Shown here in pieces: positions 60,187 to 64,000 of a stretch of DNA of 64,000 bases. The position numbers and the translations under genes were made by a program. Numbering within the stretch: the stretch's first letter is position 1; the number at the start of each line of letters is the position of its first letter. This DNA comes from Schmidtea polychroa (Eukaryota), in assembly GCA_044892525.1 (NCBI GenBank), contig CM097885.1, positions 19,780,001-19,844,000 on the forward strand. The letters are read 5' to 3'. The notes under the pieces were generated by a model, which was not told where the DNA came from, did not search any database, and saw nothing but the letters and a program-made list of their open reading frames with translations.

Positions 60187-60270
60187 CCAACGAAACTGAT
60201 GGTTCCTTTTTTATGATCCCAAGAGATCCTGATAACGCTAATGGTGTTTTTGGCCAACTAATATCAAATT

Positions 60271-60650
60271 TATTTGGTGGATGGATTTCCGTTGGTATTC
60301 GAGGCAATAATTGTGATGTAGTAGCTACACAAAGAAAAGTTCCAGATAAAATGATTGAGAAGAGTTCAGCTACAAGATTGTTTAATATTACTGAAAGTAC
60401 TGGAGGTGTTATGACTGGTATGATCCCTGATTGTCGCACAAATGGAAGCAGCTCGATTTAAATATAAAAATGGAATTGAAATGCCTTGTGACATAATATG
60501 TCGTTGAATTGCGGATATTAATCAGCTTTACACCCAATCGGCTGAGATGCGACCATTAGGTTGTTCAATGATAGCATTATCTTACGATATTGAAATGGAC
60601 AAACCGTTTTTATTCAAAACTGATCCCAGTGGCTCTGTAGCTGGACATGT
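60271..60650 (+). pseudogene. Proteasome alpha-1 (PSMA6-like) intronless fragment
   Basis: GG..SVGIRG..C.VVATQRKVPDK...LF.ITE..G.VMTGM..D.R, then after a frameshift ADI.Q.YTQ.AEMRPLGC.MI...FKTDPSG. Confidence 0.85.
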
Positions 60651-60763
60651 TGATGACAATAAAATTGATCTTATGTATCTTGAATTTAAAAAATTATTAT
60701 TATTATTATTATTATTTGATTATTATTATTTTATTTTTATTATTATTATCATTATTATTATTA

Positions 60764-60877
<114 letters not shown>

Positions 60878-61584
60878 CATCATCATAATTCATCATGATT
60901 ACACCAAAAATCAAAAGAAATCACACAAATGATAAATTCAAATAGATGTAGTCAAATATATTCAAATATAATATTTAAGAACATCTGGAATCAAATAAAA
61001 GAGTTCAAAAATTTTTCTAAAATGTTTCAAAGGTGTAAGAATCCTGTAGCACAGCAACACATTTGCTGAGATATGTTTGATAATCTGTTATTTGTAATCA
61101 TAAATGTAGATATAAATAAGAATATGACTACATGATATCGTATATTATATATTATATATATTTTAATATTACTAAAAACCACAGCTTCAAATGATATATA
61201 AAATATAAATCGAAGATATGTGAAAGATGATAAAAAGTATTTGTAAAGGTGGTTTTATCGGGACGGATGCAGAATTGATCTAAATTGATTAAAGACGGAT
61301 CAAATTGTTAAAATTAGTTTTATAAAGTATAAAGAAATTATCGATTTATTTAGAATGTGTGCTGCCGGCACTTGTTTGGCGGCTACTTGTACGGCTGCCA
61401 CCTGCACTATCTACCCTTGTTTTTTCATGCATTTCCTTAGCAACACCGTACATATAACCGATATCTGGACGGGAATTTGGATCCTTATTTATACATTGAC
61501 TGACCAAAGTTCGTAACTAGAAATGATATGCATATTTAACAATGACTCTTATTATTATTAAAAATATTAAAAATAATAAAAATA

Positions 61585-61658
<74 letters not shown>

Positions 61659-61659
<1 letters not shown>

Positions 61660-62184
61660 CTCTCTATATATATAAAAGCTAAGGGTTCCTCCATCCGAAT
61701 TTTACTTTTTTTATTTATTTTTTTAATTTTTTTTATTATTTATTTTATTTTTTTTTAAATTTTTTTACATATTCTTTTTTTTTATTTTTTTTTTAATTAT
61801 TTTTTTTTCTTATTCTTTTTTTTTTATTTTTTTTTAAATTTTTTTTTATTATTCTTTATTTTTATTTTTTTTTGGTTTTTTATTATTATTATTTTTTTTT
61901 TATTATTTTTTTGCTTTTAATCTTGGTCTTGGCATCTTGATATGGGAATTATTTTTTTATATTAATCTTATTTCTGCAAAATCATTAAACAATTACAATT
62001 ATTTTAATATCTTAATACGATAAACTTCCCATACACTATAGATGGGTTGAAACATCACCTAGGGTGTGGAAGAACGTTTTTTCGAGATTTTTTAATTTAT
62101 TAATTTAATTTAAATAAAAATTATTATTAACCCCACGTTCTAACGGGGTTGGTGAAGCGAAGCGAACAGGGGCGGAGCCCCTAG
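61659..62184 (+). mobile_element. Non-autonomous Helitron
   Basis: A|TCTCTCTATATATATAAAAG 5' end; 3' hairpin AGGGGC-GGA-GCCCCT ending CTAG|T; inserted in (AAT)n without TSD. Confidence 0.8.
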
Positions 62185-62219
62185 TAATATTAATAATGAT
62201 AATAATAATAATAATAATA

Positions 62220-62384
<165 letters not shown>

Positions 62385-63169
62385 TTATGGTGAAAAATAT
62401 TTTTTTACGGATGTCTAACATTAAAATAATATATAAAAATTACAAGCTTTGTGATACCCAATGCAAATCCCAATAGTATACTAGTTCTTTTGGCTTTCAT
62501 CAGTGCTATTCAGGAGACGCGAAGATTTCTCTTTGCTTTAAGTAAATATACAATATTGCTGATTCGACTCTATTGCATATTTTCCCTGGTACACTGGTAT
62601 ATTGCAAAAAAAATGTTTTTGATACTCACGAATTTTCAGCACTGCATTTTTCAAGTGAATTTCCGTTCAAGAAAAATGGAACTCATATATTTAAACCAAA
62701 AGAAATTAAATTTAAAAAATCACTTCATTTAAACAAAAAATTAAAATTTTTAAAAATGTCAAGTAATCTTGTCTTATGCATTTTTTTCGGGTCATTGTTT
62801 TATGATGTCAATCCTATCATATTTAGATTTATTACATTTTATTTTTTATTTAAAAAAATTCAAATAATATTTTTAAACAAATTTTTTGAGAATAACTTTC
62901 ATGCAAATATTAAATTTTCATATAATTTTACAATTAAAATATTCCAGAAATATTTCATTTTGAGATTTCATATATTTTACAAATAATGTAATTTTAAATC
63001 TTTTGCAATCAAATTGTCAATTTTTATACAAAAACAATCAGTTGGACATCATAAATAGCGGAAATTTTGGCCTGAATCGACTAAATTAGTTTCGAAATCA
63101 AAGACTTTGTAAAGAATATCAGGTTCATAAAACATTAAATAATTGAGTTTAAGAATAGTTTATCTAGAT

Positions 63170-64000
63170 CAGTGGTTCTCAAGTGTGGCCACGGTGGCCA
63201 CATGCAGCCACCAAAAAATATTTCATAGTAAATATTGATATTTAAAACAAATACAAATTAATTTATAAATTTTAAATTTATTGAATTCACAAGATTTTTC
63301 CAGAATTTTGTCTAGTTGTTTAAATTTTGTAATCGGGTTAATTTTATGGCGAGGGACTATTCAAACATATTCGGTTAAGAGAGTAAGTAAAGTTTTGACT
63401 GTTTTTTTTGATAATATTTGGAAGCATGTGTATATTATTGTATTTTGTATTTTTCTAATTTTAAAGGTAAATTGATATAACCCTGTCAAAATGGATATAA
63501 GATTTTTTTATCAAAAAAGAAAAAAAAAGGATGAAAGTGAAGCAGGACCCAGCAAAGATGTTAACACCAGTGATGCGAATACTTTGAAAATATTAAATCT
63601 AACTAAGCGAAGTCGTACTTTTCGGGAAGAGAAAAGAAAGTTTCATAAAGAATGGGAAGATATGTATTTGATTGTGCAAAATGAGAATGTACAAGACCAC
63701 ATAGTTGCCGTTTGCGTGATTTGCAAAACTGAAATTAATCAAATTAAATAATATGCTATGGAACGGGCATTATAAGAATCATAAAGATGAAGTACAACAA
63801 AAATGGCCCACCCCAAGTTTACGAAGAAATTTAATAGAAAAATTTAGCACTGAACTTATTTTACAAAGAAAAGTAATAAGTACTTTTTAACACAAAATGA
63901 TTATTTCTATCTGGGATCTCTCAAAGTTAGTTATTTAATCGGAAAACATCGAAAGCCTTTCACAGAAGGTGAATTTATAAAATCTGTAGTTTTGGGAGTT
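63170..64000 (+). mobile_element. hAT Buster/Charlie/SPIN-type transposon, 5' part with degenerate transposase (from 63491)
   Basis: TIR CAGTGGTTCTCAA after ATCTAGAT; RKF..EWE..Y...C.IC, then after a stop/frameshift SYLIGKHRKPFTEGEFIK. Confidence 0.85.

Overview
AT-rich eukaryotic (metazoan) DNA with (AAT)n microsatellites and 40-75 nt GT-AG introns. A planarian-like genome is my inference, not something the sequence shows. Almost the whole window is nested mobile DNA around one clear host gene (STRA6-like, 20097-22136). (1) 1-7094 is one end of a Polinton/Maverick (adintovirus-like) element. It carries penton, a chromodomain integrase with a microsatellite-filled intron, a pX/cupiennin-like core protein and a packaging ATPase. 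It also carries an accessory block with a two-repeat TBP-like gene and a spliced Bcl-2-like gene. (2) 24035-38917 is a 14.9 kb, almost entirely palindromic Polinton derivative (AGTAGT...ACTACT ends, GTTATG 6-bp TSD). Both arms carry a homologue of one accessory gene of element 1. (3) Three TG...CA elements of 1.7-5.2 kb with 4-bp TSDs (probable giant solo LTRs), plus two fragments, share a covarying structured module and an antisense EGTWFSP ORF. (4) There is also a BEL/Pao retroelement with ubiquitin fused in frame to Gag, two piggyBacs (one apparently intact and spliced), two hAT relics, MITEs, a Helitron, a Penelope relic with a minimal hammerhead, and dynein heavy chain and proteasome alpha pseudogene fragments. 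All alignments and folds were done by eye.
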